Below are positions 42,782 through 51,544 of a DNA stretch of 64,000 nt, piece by piece. A program made the position numbers and the translations under genes. Every line of letters begins with the position of its first letter. The first letter of the stretch is position 1. This DNA is from a virus: the IMG/VR virus record IMGVR_UViG_3300045988_125206; one strand, written 5' to 3'. Under the pieces are notes generated by a model, which made no database searches, was not told where the DNA came from, and saw nothing but the letters and a program-made list of their open reading frames with translations.

Positions 42782-43353
42782 TTAAGGTCTGTTTCTTTCA
42801 AACAATCGTGGTAAATTTTGATAAGGGTTTTTTTATTTAGAAATGCCTTATTTCCAATGCCATTTTGCTCTCTCCACGCTAAACGAGATAATACTTTATC
42901 TATAAAAGCTTTAGTAGCAGGATGCATGGCGATAGGATTTTTAATTTTATTCTGCCACCACTTATATTCTCCTTCATATGTAAAATTTTTTCCCATATAA
43001 GCACGTCCCGCACCTAAATAATCACAAAGTAATTCCAAAAGATACTTGTCTGGCATTGGTAGTGCGGTGCCACCTTTATCAAGGTTATCGAACCAGTACT
43101 CGTAGTGATGTCGATTCCGACCTTTATGATGCTGCCAAGCAAAGGACATCCCATTTTCCTCTTTACAAGCATCTATTGGAGAACGAGTCCCCTGCCAATA
43201 TTTGACACCTTCCCAAAATTCAACAGGAGAAAATTTAGATAAATCATGTGTAATTCCCTGCTTATAAAGACCAATTTTAAAGCAGTATTTTCCTACCCAA
43301 TATTTATGTTTACATACCGTTTTTAAGTGTCCAAAAAAGTTTTTAATTTTCAT
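42778..43353 (-). CDS. hypothetical protein with His-rich metal-binding motifs
   Basis: ITHDLSKF ... WQHHKGRNRHH. Confidence 0.4.
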   Translation of the reverse strand: MKIKNFFGHLKTVCKHKYWVGKYCFKIGLYKQGITHDLSKFSPVEFWEGVKYWQGTRSPIDACKEENGMSFAWQHHKGRNRHHYEYWFDNLDKGGTALPMPDKYLLELLCDYLGAGRAYMGKNFTYEGEYKWWQNKIKNPIAMHPATKAFIDKVLSRLAWREQNGIGNKAFLNKKTLIKIYHDCLKETDLN

Positions 43354-43372
43354 ATTTTATTCCTCTAAATAT

Positions 43373-43762
43373 TCATACTCTATTTAAATATTCATACTCT
43401 ATTTTATGCAAAGAATCATCTTTTTTATAATAAACATAAGTACATTTTACCTGTATCTCATCTCCTTCTTTAATGGTATTAAAGATAGAAGAAGAAACGT
43501 CTACTTTTTCATTATTTACGCCATGTAAATAATATGAATGAGTTGTAACAGGAATAAGAACCTTCCCGCTCATTACAACAGAATGATGCACATCATCCTC
43601 TTTATTTATAACTTCAACTGTTCTTACTTCAGTTTTTAAATAAAATTGGTCATAATACTTCTTTATCCCAGCTATAATTCCAATACAAGCTGCGACAATA
43701 AACACCACAACTACAATGTGCTTCATAATTTCTTTTAATCTTTGTTTTTTCCAATAGTTCAT
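43373..43762 (-). CDS. membrane protein
   Basis: N-terminal TM helix IVVVVFIVAACIGIIAGI. Confidence 0.4.
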   Translation of the reverse strand: MNYWKKQRLKEIMKHIVVVVFIVAACIGIIAGIKKYYDQFYLKTEVRTVEVINKEDDVHHSVVMSGKVLIPVTTHSYYLHGVNNEKVDVSSSIFNTIKEGDEIQVKCTYVYYKKDDSLHKIEYEYLNRV

Positions 43763-44091
43763 TATTCAACTCTCCAACCGGCTTCCTTACAAACTCTTTT
43801 CATATTCTGAACTCCAACAGGATTCATACTATGAAATTTAAAAGTCGCATAAATATGCCAGCCCCGCAGTCTTTGGCAACCTTCAAGCCAATCAAGAATT
43901 TTAATATAATCTCCGCCTTTCTTATAATATTCACCGGCATCATGGTCTAAATTAATTTCATTAACTTCAAGAATGTCTCCTTCTGGTCTGACAAGAGTGG
44001 TAAGACACATTTCTGCGTCCCAAACACTTTTAATCCAAATATAAGATTCATCTGGTGCGGGCCGCATATCATCAATCCAAAGTTTAATCAT
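43762..44091 (-). CDS. hypothetical protein
   Basis: 109-aa ORF. Confidence 0.4.
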   Translation of the reverse strand: MIKLWIDDMRPAPDESYIWIKSVWDAEMCLTTLVRPEGDILEVNEINLDHDAGEYYKKGGDYIKILDWLEGCQRLRGWHIYATFKFHSMNPVGVQNMKRVCKEAGWRVE

Positions 44092-44092
44092 A

Positions 44093-44911
44093 TTATTTCA
44101 CCTCAAATTTCCAATAATAGAAGTTATACTGTTTCTTTGTGTTGTAGGATTTTTTAATCCTTTTGGCTACATTGTTTACATTTACAGTTGGATTATTTCT
44201 CATGCTCTTGTCATATGTTTTAACATATTCAACTGCCTCTTTTAAATTCTCAAATTTCTTAGTTCTTTCTTCTTCAAAATTTTTAGTAGGGCAACAGAAA
44301 ACATCAAAACGAGTATCTTCATATTCGATCTGATCAGTTGTAATTTCTTTATATTCCATAAAAACGTTTGCATCTACATCAGAAGCTTTTTCATTTTTAC
44401 AGCCTTCATAAACCTCTTTTAACATTTTTGCATCATCAAGAGAGTTATGAGTCTGAACAATTTCTTCTCCTCTAAAATATTCGCAGACTTTAGCAAGGTT
44501 AATCAGCTTGATTAAGCCAAAATGGACTTTGACAGCAGGAGCAAAATCTTTCATATCTGTATTCATATAGCCAAGAATTGCTTTTGCTTTAAAGCTATTC
44601 GTTTTGCGGAAGGTCGCTTTGATAAAATCTGTATCACAATTCCCATAACAATAAAACTCAGGAATATCATCGCCGCAATCTTCAAAGCAAAAATCAAAAA
44701 ACTTATTGAATACTTCTTCTGGAGAAGGAGCTGCCTCAACCATTTCTGTAGTAATGCCTGTTAAATCAGTGATAAACTTAGAAACATTCTTCTTTGTATT
44801 CTCTGGTGTGTGTACAAGAGAGTAAAATTCTTTTCCATCTTCTCGAACACATCCAACAGAAATAATGTAATTGGAAAACTGCATTGCTTCAAAGTCAATA
44901 AAATATTTCAT
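44093..44911 (-). CDS. DEDD-family 3'-5' exonuclease (DnaQ-like)
   Basis: Exo I motif FIDFEAMQF. Downstream HNSLDDAKM (Exo III-like H/D). Confidence 0.6.
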   Translation of the reverse strand: MKYFIDFEAMQFSNYIISVGCVREDGKEFYSLVHTPENTKKNVSKFITDLTGITTEMVEAAPSPEEVFNKFFDFCFEDCGDDIPEFYCYGNCDTDFIKATFRKTNSFKAKAILGYMNTDMKDFAPAVKVHFGLIKLINLAKVCEYFRGEEIVQTHNSLDDAKMLKEVYEGCKNEKASDVDANVFMEYKEITTDQIEYEDTRFDVFCCPTKNFEEERTKKFENLKEAVEYVKTYDKSMRNNPTVNVNNVAKRIKKSYNTKKQYNFYYWKFEVK

Positions 44912-44929
44912 AATATATCAATCCTCTCT

Positions 44930-45112
44930 TTAGTTAAGTCTTACTTTTTTAGTATAAAGTTTCTTTTCAACGATGCTTCCACAATCTGGACATCTAAAAT
45001 AAGAAAAAATAGAATTTCGACATTCATCTTGTGATGCAATAAATACACAATGACATTTTGAACATTTTAACCGATAGCCATATTTTTCACCAGGTTTAAG
45101 AATTTTAATCAT
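44930..45112 (-). CDS. Zn-ribbon protein
   Basis: CSKCHC ... CPDCG. Confidence 0.35.
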   Translation of the reverse strand: MIKILKPGEKYGYRLKCSKCHCVFIASQDECRNSIFSYFRCPDCGSIVEKKLYTKKVRLN

Positions 45113-45186
45113 TTCTTTTTATCCTTTCCTTAACTTTCTATATATATTATATTATAATTTTAATAAAAAATCAATAAAGGAAAAAC

Positions 45187-45975
45187 TTATTCAGTTTTTC
45201 CTTTATCAAAATTAGGAGATTTTCTGAAATAAGTAGGAAGTAAATAATTTGGATCGTTCCATCTCTTCCATATCTCTTCTAAATCTTCGATTGCTTTAAA
45301 ATATTGTTCAACATGTGGGCGCTCCATTCTGTCTGCGTGAAAGTGACCAAAAAGCCAAACATTCCAATTAATCTTGTCTTTAAAAGAATCAAGCCAAACT
45401 TCCATAGAATCATCTACAGTGGATTGGTTAATCATAGATAAAAACAAATCAGTCGGCTCCCAGCTTAATGGACAAGTATGAGTAAAGACAAAATCAAAAT
45501 TTTGTCCTGCGTACATTGTTTCAATAGCTTGCATTTCTACTTCTGTTAGCTGCTCGTTTGGATACCAAGTATAATGATTTTCAAGTCTGTACCACTTATC
45601 CACAGAATAAGCTCCACCTATTACAAGTGTATTATGACCAAGAAAATCATAATTAGAGCCATCCATGAGATAATGGATATGAGGATAACCGGGTTCAATG
45701 AAAACATAATTCGCAACATCATCATCCCAAACTTCTTCAATACCTTTAACATCTTCTGGACGAGCTTCATGATTCCCCCTTACTAAATAAAATGTGCATC
45801 CATATTGTTCAAGTTGCATTTTAATATCATGCCGCCTTGCCGCACTCTTATAAAAATTTACGCCAGCATCTCCTAAAATGATGATACCAGTTTCTTTTGG
45901 ATTTTGTATCTCAAGCCATTCAAAACGATCCATACAACCATGAGTATCTCCTGTTACAAAAAACTGCTTAATCAT
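45187..45975 (-). CDS. calcineurin-like metallophosphoesterase
   Basis: GDTHG ... GDAG ... GNHE ... GHFH. Confidence 0.8.
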   Translation of the reverse strand: MIKQFFVTGDTHGCMDRFEWLEIQNPKETGIIILGDAGVNFYKSAARRHDIKMQLEQYGCTFYLVRGNHEARPEDVKGIEEVWDDDVANYVFIEPGYPHIHYLMDGSNYDFLGHNTLVIGGAYSVDKWYRLENHYTWYPNEQLTEVEMQAIETMYAGQNFDFVFTHTCPLSWEPTDLFLSMINQSTVDDSMEVWLDSFKDKINWNVWLFGHFHADRMERPHVEQYFKAIEDLEEIWKRWNDPNYLLPTYFRKSPNFDKGKTE

Positions 45976-46793
45976 TTCTTTTCCTCCAACTCAAAAGCAA
46001 GACTTTTCTTCATAATTTCTGCTTGAACTTTTTGAAGAAGATTTTCAGCTTCTTCATCAGTATAGTTAAATTCAGAATCTTTTGTATATGGCATACAAAT
46101 TTTATCAATATGAGCCATATGTTCATCCGCAACTTTAATAGCTTCTTCTTTTGAATAAAAACCAGTTTTAATATCTTTTAGATATTGCGGATTGGCTGGA
46201 CACAAACATTCTTTATATGGCGCTCCAGCGATATATTTATCAAGATATTCATCAATCCTTACAAGCTGATAAAGCTGTTTTGGATCATATGCAAATTTCT
46301 CAAAGGCTTCTTTATGTACTTCAGTCTCTTTGGTAAGAGCATGTCTTTTTCCAAGAGCAATACCAGACATAGCCTTTACTGCGAAATAAGGATTATAATG
46401 TGCAATAACTTCATTTTCCGCAATTAATTTATTCCATTCTTTTTCATACATCGGATTGATAATTTTATAATCGGTAAAAAGAATCTCGATAAAGTTTAGA
46501 TTCTGTTTGCGGAAAGTATCAAACATAAGTCTAATATCTTTAAAGTCAATATGCTCTCCATTAGCTCTAAAGTGAGTTGTAGACATAGGTTTGCGGTTAT
46601 AAATTAAATCATTTAAAGTTGGAGTGGTAATAAGTTTTGTGTCAATATCAGAGTCTTCGGTTTCAAGACCATAATTCTGACTGCCTTGAAGAAAAATACC
46701 TACAATATTGTTTTTAGCAAAGTATTGTTTAGATTCAAGATAATGGTCTTGAATACCACTCGCAGTTTTAATTATTGTATTAAAGTCTGTCAT
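45972..46793 (-). CDS. Pol-beta-superfamily nucleotidyltransferase
   Basis: GSQNYGLETEDSDIDT matches the GS-x(n)-DxD NTase signature. Confidence 0.55.
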   Translation of the reverse strand: MTDFNTIIKTASGIQDHYLESKQYFAKNNIVGIFLQGSQNYGLETEDSDIDTKLITTPTLNDLIYNRKPMSTTHFRANGEHIDFKDIRLMFDTFRKQNLNFIEILFTDYKIINPMYEKEWNKLIAENEVIAHYNPYFAVKAMSGIALGKRHALTKETEVHKEAFEKFAYDPKQLYQLVRIDEYLDKYIAGAPYKECLCPANPQYLKDIKTGFYSKEEAIKVADEHMAHIDKICMPYTKDSEFNYTDEEAENLLQKVQAEIMKKSLAFELEEKK

Positions 46794-46884
46794 ATTTTCT
46801 CACCTTCCTTTAATTCTCTATATATATTATAATAAAATTTTAATAAAAAATCAAAAAAGGGAGAAAGTATTTAAACTTTCTCCC

Positions 46885-47241
46885 TTAATCATCGGTTGCC
46901 CATTGTCCCTTCTTAACCAGTCTTACAAGTTCATAATCATGCGGGGTTGGTTCAATATAAAATTTATATTTTGCAGAGGCATATTCAGGAATGTCAAAAT
47001 GATGATTTGCGTTCCATACATAATCTAAACAATCAATAACAGCTTGTTGTTTATCTTTATCAGTTCCCTCTGTATTTGCAGAAATATAAGCTAAAACTTC
47101 TTCTTCTTCACTTCCCCAGTCATAAGATGGAAAAATTTGCATTTTTTCCGCAGGTTTAGGACGAAGAGACATACCTATAGATGTAAATAATACACATAAA
47201 AGAATAATTAAAAATATTTTCTCTTTCCAGTTAAAATTCAT
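46885..47241 (-). CDS. secreted or membrane-anchored hypothetical protein
   Basis: N-terminal signal/TM helix. Confidence 0.4.
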   Translation of the reverse strand: MNFNWKEKIFLIILLCVLFTSIGMSLRPKPAEKMQIFPSYDWGSEEEEVLAYISANTEGTDKDKQQAVIDCLDYVWNANHHFDIPEYASAKYKFYIEPTPHDYELVRLVKKGQWATDD

Positions 47242-47255
47242 ACATAAATCCTTTC

Positions 47256-47684
47256 TTATAAGAAATAATGTAATATAGGAATATATTTATCTCGTAATTT
47301 TTCAGTAAGTGTATCAGTTAAAGTCATATGATCTTTCATATCTGCCTGTTTAACGATAAAAGCATAATCATCTTTTGCATCAAGAATTTTATGAATATAA
47401 TCTTCATATTTTTCTTGAGGGTCTTTGGTTAAAAGAACCACAGAATCATAGCTTACCATGCCCAAAGTGGACATTAAATCCTCTTTTGGACAATCAGTAT
47501 CTTCTAATAGGTCATGTGCCAATGCAATCATATAAGCTTTTGTTGTATCCATTTTTAAAAGATCAGCTTTTGCGGTCGCATATTCAGCAACCCGCAAAGC
47601 ATGAGCTAATTTTTTCTTAGGATAATATTGAACTGCCAAATTAAATAATTTATTCACTTTTGTAATGTCATAATTACAGCCCAT
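47256..47684 (-). CDS. small HD-domain hydrolase (SpoT-like HD..ED motif; candidate small alarmone hydrolase)
   Basis: HALRVAEY ... AHDLLEDT resembles the RelA/SpoT hydrolase motif HDxxED. Confidence 0.55.
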   Translation of the reverse strand: MGCNYDITKVNKLFNLAVQYYPKKKLAHALRVAEYATAKADLLKMDTTKAYMIALAHDLLEDTDCPKEDLMSTLGMVSYDSVVLLTKDPQEKYEDYIHKILDAKDDYAFIVKQADMKDHMTLTDTLTEKLRDKYIPILHYFL

Positions 47685-47992
47685 TAGCGTTCCTCCTCAC
47701 AAATACCCAAAGAAATCTCTCCTGTATATCCACAATAATACATAGAAAGTTTCTTAGAACCTTTTTTAGAAAAATAATACCAAGTATCCTGTTCCCAACC
47801 ATTAGTATCCCAGTCATCATCTCTGTCGTAACCAAGCTTATCAAAAACATCCATAAACTGGCATGGACCGAGATTTAAAAGGCTAAGTTCAATATTTGTA
47901 GCATTACCGATTTCAAGTTCATGAATCACACCTCTTACAAAAGGCATTACTCTATCAATATCTTCCTCAGAAATGCTATATCCTCTTATCAT
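47684..47992 (-). CDS. hypothetical protein
   Basis: 102-aa ORF. Confidence 0.4.
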   Translation of the reverse strand: MIRGYSISEEDIDRVMPFVRGVIHELEIGNATNIELSLLNLGPCQFMDVFDKLGYDRDDDWDTNGWEQDTWYYFSKKGSKKLSMYYCGYTGEISLGICEEER

Positions 47993-48857
47993 TTATTCTT
48001 CTCCTATATAAATTAAATCATCAACGTATTTGCGGTCTTCGCCTTTTAAAATAGGCATATTTTTATCAATAGCCCAAATAGGTCTCTCTTCAATAATTGT
48101 AGTTGTAACTCTATCTTCTCCAAAAGGTTGGGGTTCTCTTTTTATATTTTCAGTTACTTTTGTTGCGACTTTAATACATGCGGTACCTCGTTTACATGGT
48201 ACTGTAAAATCATTCCAGTTAATGCCATATTTGGTCATTAACATATCTTGAATCATATTACAAGTTTTATCTTGAAGTTCATCATGTGAAAAATGAGCCT
48301 GTCCAACCATCTGAATACTATTTCTTGTTGCATCAAGCTGTCGCCAATAAATGAGGTTAGTTACCTCTTCTTTTGGAATATTAAAACATCTGGCATCAAA
48401 TAATGCTCCTTTTTCTACCGCACTTATATAATTATCAAGCAAGCCTTCTCTTCTTTTTACAAGTGGGTCATGAGTTAAATTATATTCAACTACATTCTCA
48501 GAAAAATATTTATTAAAAGCCATTGTTGCCATAGAAGCTGATACAGAAGTCAATTTTTGAACTTCGTAATCAAACCAAGCGTCTGAAGTGAATTTTTGAT
48601 AATCCACTAAAATTAAAGTAATTTCATCTGATTGTGTATATCCAAAAACGCAGCCTTGAATATTTTCACATAAATATTTCATTGTTTGTTGCATCGTATC
48701 CATTAGAACAAAGTCAAATGGTTTCTGAAAACCCCTTGTAAAAGTATGAAACGCCTTGCCGTCAAAGACGTATCGCTACTGGCATTCTTTTCATAAGAAC
48801 AGTTTTACTAACTTTTTCATAGTTTTTCATTCTGTTAGCTAAATCACTTCTATCCAT
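47993..48857 (-). pseudogene. Thg1-like 3'-5' nucleotidyltransferase (tRNA-His guanylyltransferase-like), interrupted by a +1 frameshift near 48764-48766
   Basis: Upstream frame reads MDRSDLANRMKNYEKVSKTVLMKRMPVAIRL*. The +1 frame continues DGKAFHTFTRGFQKPFDFVLMDTMQQ...GYTQSDEITLIL (Thg1 VRxDG..FH..T and SDE motifs). Removing one T from the run cgtcTTTgac restores one ORF. Confidence 0.6.
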
Positions 48858-48876
48858 AACGATGTATAACTCCTTT

Positions 48877-49902
48877 CTATTTAAAATATTCTTGAAATTT
48901 TTCTTTTATCTTTTCTTGTTCTTCTTTATTAAAATCTTTATAATACTTAAAATAAGAATTATCTCTCATTTTTCTTCTCCCTGATTTTACACTTGAAATC
49001 ATTGAAGAAGATAAATTTAACTTTTTAGCTGCATCTGCCCCAGATTCATATATGTTAATATAATTACCATCCTTAGATAAATGAATAATAGCATTTTGTA
49101 ATTTTTTATTTGGGGTTTTATATAAATTATTTTTAATTAAATAATGTTTTACTACATTTGGTTCAACCCCATATTCTTTAGCAATAGCATAATATGTCAT
49201 ACCTTTTTTATATTTTTCACAAAAATCTTTTTCTTTATCAGTATGATTTTGCGGTACAGCATTAATATATTCTGCAACATCCCATTTATATTTATAATCT
49301 TCAAAAGGGCATTCTCCAATATAATCTAAGAAAGCTTTTTCTTTTCTATGAGGAATATATATATAATATTGCTGTTCACCATCACTTCCTAAGTCAGCTT
49401 TCATAAGAGTAGCTTCAAAATCACTTAATTGAGGAATTAAAATTTTTTCTTGCTCTTCTTTTAAAAAACATTGAGTTGATAATTTAATATTCTCACTTCG
49501 TTTATTATGACAAATTCCACCATCTCCTATATACCATATTAAGCAAGTTAAAGGCGTTAATGTTAAATCTTCAGGTAAATGCTTTTTACCATTAATATAC
49601 CAATGATAATATTCTTTAGTAAAGCCAGAATTTGTATAAGTCTTTACTTGAGAATGAAAATATTCTTTATTGGTACGTTTATCTATATAACTGGTATCTT
49701 TAATCCCTTCTCCAGACCAATACTCTTTAAAATATTCAGCTACAAAACTTACATGCTGTTTTGATTTAGATAAATATGTAAATTGAGCATTTATACCATT
49801 TTTATGTTTAATTAAACTTCCATCTCCCAATAAAGCACCATATAATACTTCTTTTTGAATTTTAGTAAAAATAATTTCTTCTGTTAGCTGTGCTTGTGCC
49901 AT
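48877..49902 (-). CDS. LAGLIDADG homing endonuclease (apparently free-standing)
   Basis: LYGALLGDGSL LAGLIDADG motif. C-terminal HTH-like region. Confidence 0.8.
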   Translation of the reverse strand: MAQAQLTEEIIFTKIQKEVLYGALLGDGSLIKHKNGINAQFTYLSKSKQHVSFVAEYFKEYWSGEGIKDTSYIDKRTNKEYFHSQVKTYTNSGFTKEYYHWYINGKKHLPEDLTLTPLTCLIWYIGDGGICHNKRSENIKLSTQCFLKEEQEKILIPQLSDFEATLMKADLGSDGEQQYYIYIPHRKEKAFLDYIGECPFEDYKYKWDVAEYINAVPQNHTDKEKDFCEKYKKGMTYYAIAKEYGVEPNVVKHYLIKNNLYKTPNKKLQNAIIHLSKDGNYINIYESGADAAKKLNLSSSMISSVKSGRRKMRDNSYFKYYKDFNKEEQEKIKEKFQEYFK

Positions 49903-50023
49903 TTTTATTCTCCTTTATTTGTAAAATATGAAAGTTTTTATCTTTCTACTCTTATATAAAAATAGAGAAAAAGAAAATTCTATATTTTGACCACATTTTA
50001 CAAATAAATCATAATAAAAATTT

Positions 50024-50329
50024 TTATTTACCTCTTTCTTTCCATTCTTTTAAAGTTTTTATACATTTATCATAATAATCATATTCGCTTTGTCTTATCT
50101 TGCCTTTATGCCATAAAATTTGATATGGCTTTAAATGCCCGCAAGCCCAAAAATCATAAGTATATTCACCATCATGCCACATTAAATGTGGACAAAATAC
50201 TTCATTTAATCTTGCGGGAATATATTTTATTTTAATCTTTATAGGATGCCTAATCTTAGCTTTAATAGCTTCAATTAGGCAATTACTATAAAAAGATTCA
50301 GATATATATGTCATAATTTTGGGCACCAA
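50024..50329 (-). CDS. hypothetical protein
   Basis: 101-aa ORF. Confidence 0.35.
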   Translation of the reverse strand: MVPKIMTYISESFYSNCLIEAIKAKIRHPIKIKIKYIPARLNEVFCPHLMWHDGEYTYDFWACGHLKPYQILWHKGKIRQSEYDYYDKCIKTLKEWKERGK

Positions 50330-50520
50330 CCTGGAATGTCAGTATATCTTCTTAAATGCCAATCATCTCCTGCGACCAATTTGTCATGTCCTTTTTGGTC
50401 TTTAACAAGTTTACAATAACATCCTTCCTCATGATCCCAAGAGTCTGGAGTATAAATAGGACGAACATCATGGTCTGGACAATCAAGACAATTTGTAATT
50501 GTAATAGTAAAAGAATTCAT
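50311..50520 (-). CDS. hypothetical Cys-rich protein
   Basis: 69-aa ORF. Confidence 0.35.
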   Translation of the reverse strand: MNSFTITITNCLDCPDHDVRPIYTPDSWDHEEGCYCKLVKDQKGHDKLVAGDDWHLRRYTDIPGWCPKL

Positions 50521-50521
50521 A

Positions 50522-51331
50522 TTAATTCTCCTCTAACAACTCATCAAACATGTTTTGGAATTTACTGTAATTAACAGAATCATTATTAATGATAGGAATT
50601 GCGAAAATTACTTTTTTAAATTCAGTTGCATAATCTGTAACTAATAAATTGATAAAAATTTCTGCAACGTCATCTGCATCCTGTCCAAATACTCCGCATC
50701 CAAAAGCTCCTAAGATAAGGGTATCAATTTGATTCTGTTTTGCTACTTCAAAAACAAATCGAATTCTTGATTCAAGAACTTTTTTATTTTCATCTCTATC
50801 TACGTTGCAATACTTTGCAGCGGCAGTAAAATTAGGTGCGGCGCAAGTAATTACATCACAGTATTTTTCAATACCAGAATGCTCAAATCTGATATTTGGA
50901 GAATAAATTGCTCTATTCTCATAGAGAGCCCGATTCTTATGCTTTTCATTCCAATCATAATAGTTTGGAACTTGGCTTAATACATTATAAAGGAAAGATT
51001 CGTGGCACAGACACTCTTCCTGAGCGCGTGAGCCTCTAACAAACATCCCGCCAGGATTCTTATATGAAGCAAAATTAAGAACCGCAAGTTTTCCATCTGT
51101 AGAATCGCAGGCTATAATAGCTTCAACGCTTCCAACAGCATCAAGAGCAATATCTGCTTCTTCTAATTTTCTTGCGGGCGTTGTCGCTTTAAAATTTTTA
51201 CTATAAATTTTACTATTTATTACACTTTCCGCAATCTCACTGGCAAACTGTTCATTCATTTGCTTAGTATGCTCTTGTGCAATAATTGCTCTTTGAGCTT
51301 TATCTGCCCAGTAATAGCTAATATCTTTCAT
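50522..51331 (-). CDS. macro-domain protein of the bacterial PARG-like (DUF2263/TIGR02452) type; candidate ADP-ribose-removing enzyme
   Basis: VLNFASYKNPGGMFVRGSRAQEECLC resembles the DUF2263 signature (N..A.NPGGG and AQEE). Confidence 0.6.
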   Translation of the reverse strand: MKDISYYWADKAQRAIIAQEHTKQMNEQFASEIAESVINSKIYSKNFKATTPARKLEEADIALDAVGSVEAIIACDSTDGKLAVLNFASYKNPGGMFVRGSRAQEECLCHESFLYNVLSQVPNYYDWNEKHKNRALYENRAIYSPNIRFEHSGIEKYCDVITCAAPNFTAAAKYCNVDRDENKKVLESRIRFVFEVAKQNQIDTLILGAFGCGVFGQDADDVAEIFINLLVTDYATEFKKVIFAIPIINNDSVNYSKFQNMFDELLEEN

Positions 51332-51430
51332 TTTTATTTATCCTCTTTCTCATTTTCTATATATATTATATAATATTTTTTATAAAAAAACAAATATAGG
51401 ATATTTTGCTTTGAAAAATAGTAAACGCCT

Positions 51431-51505
51431 TTTGGATTTTGAGATTGCGGAGTCCAGGTTTGTCGCCGGCCGGAAGTTCTGCTAAGGGCCATATGGGTAC
51501 AAAAA
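51431..51505. other. conserved GC-rich element, copy 2
   Basis: TTTTGGATTttgagattgcggagtccaggtttgtcGCCGGCCGGAAGttCTGCTAagggcCATATGGGTACAAAAAAAA. Confidence 0.5.
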
Positions 51506-51508
51506 AAA

Positions 51509-51537
51509 TGGGAAGGTTATTATATAATAACCTTCCC
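51509..51537 (-). terminator. rho-independent terminator after the beta-helix repeat gene
   Basis: GGGAAGGTTAT-tatata-ATAACCTTCCC plus a T8 run on the minus strand. Confidence 0.65.
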
Positions 51538-51544
51538 ATAAAAA

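Noticed and set aside
47256-47684. HD-domain ORF as DatZ (dATPase of Z-genome clusters)
   Set aside because: Its HDLLEDT motif is the RelA/SpoT-type hydrolase signature. It is more consistent with a small alarmone hydrolase, so it is not counted as support for a Z-base pathway.
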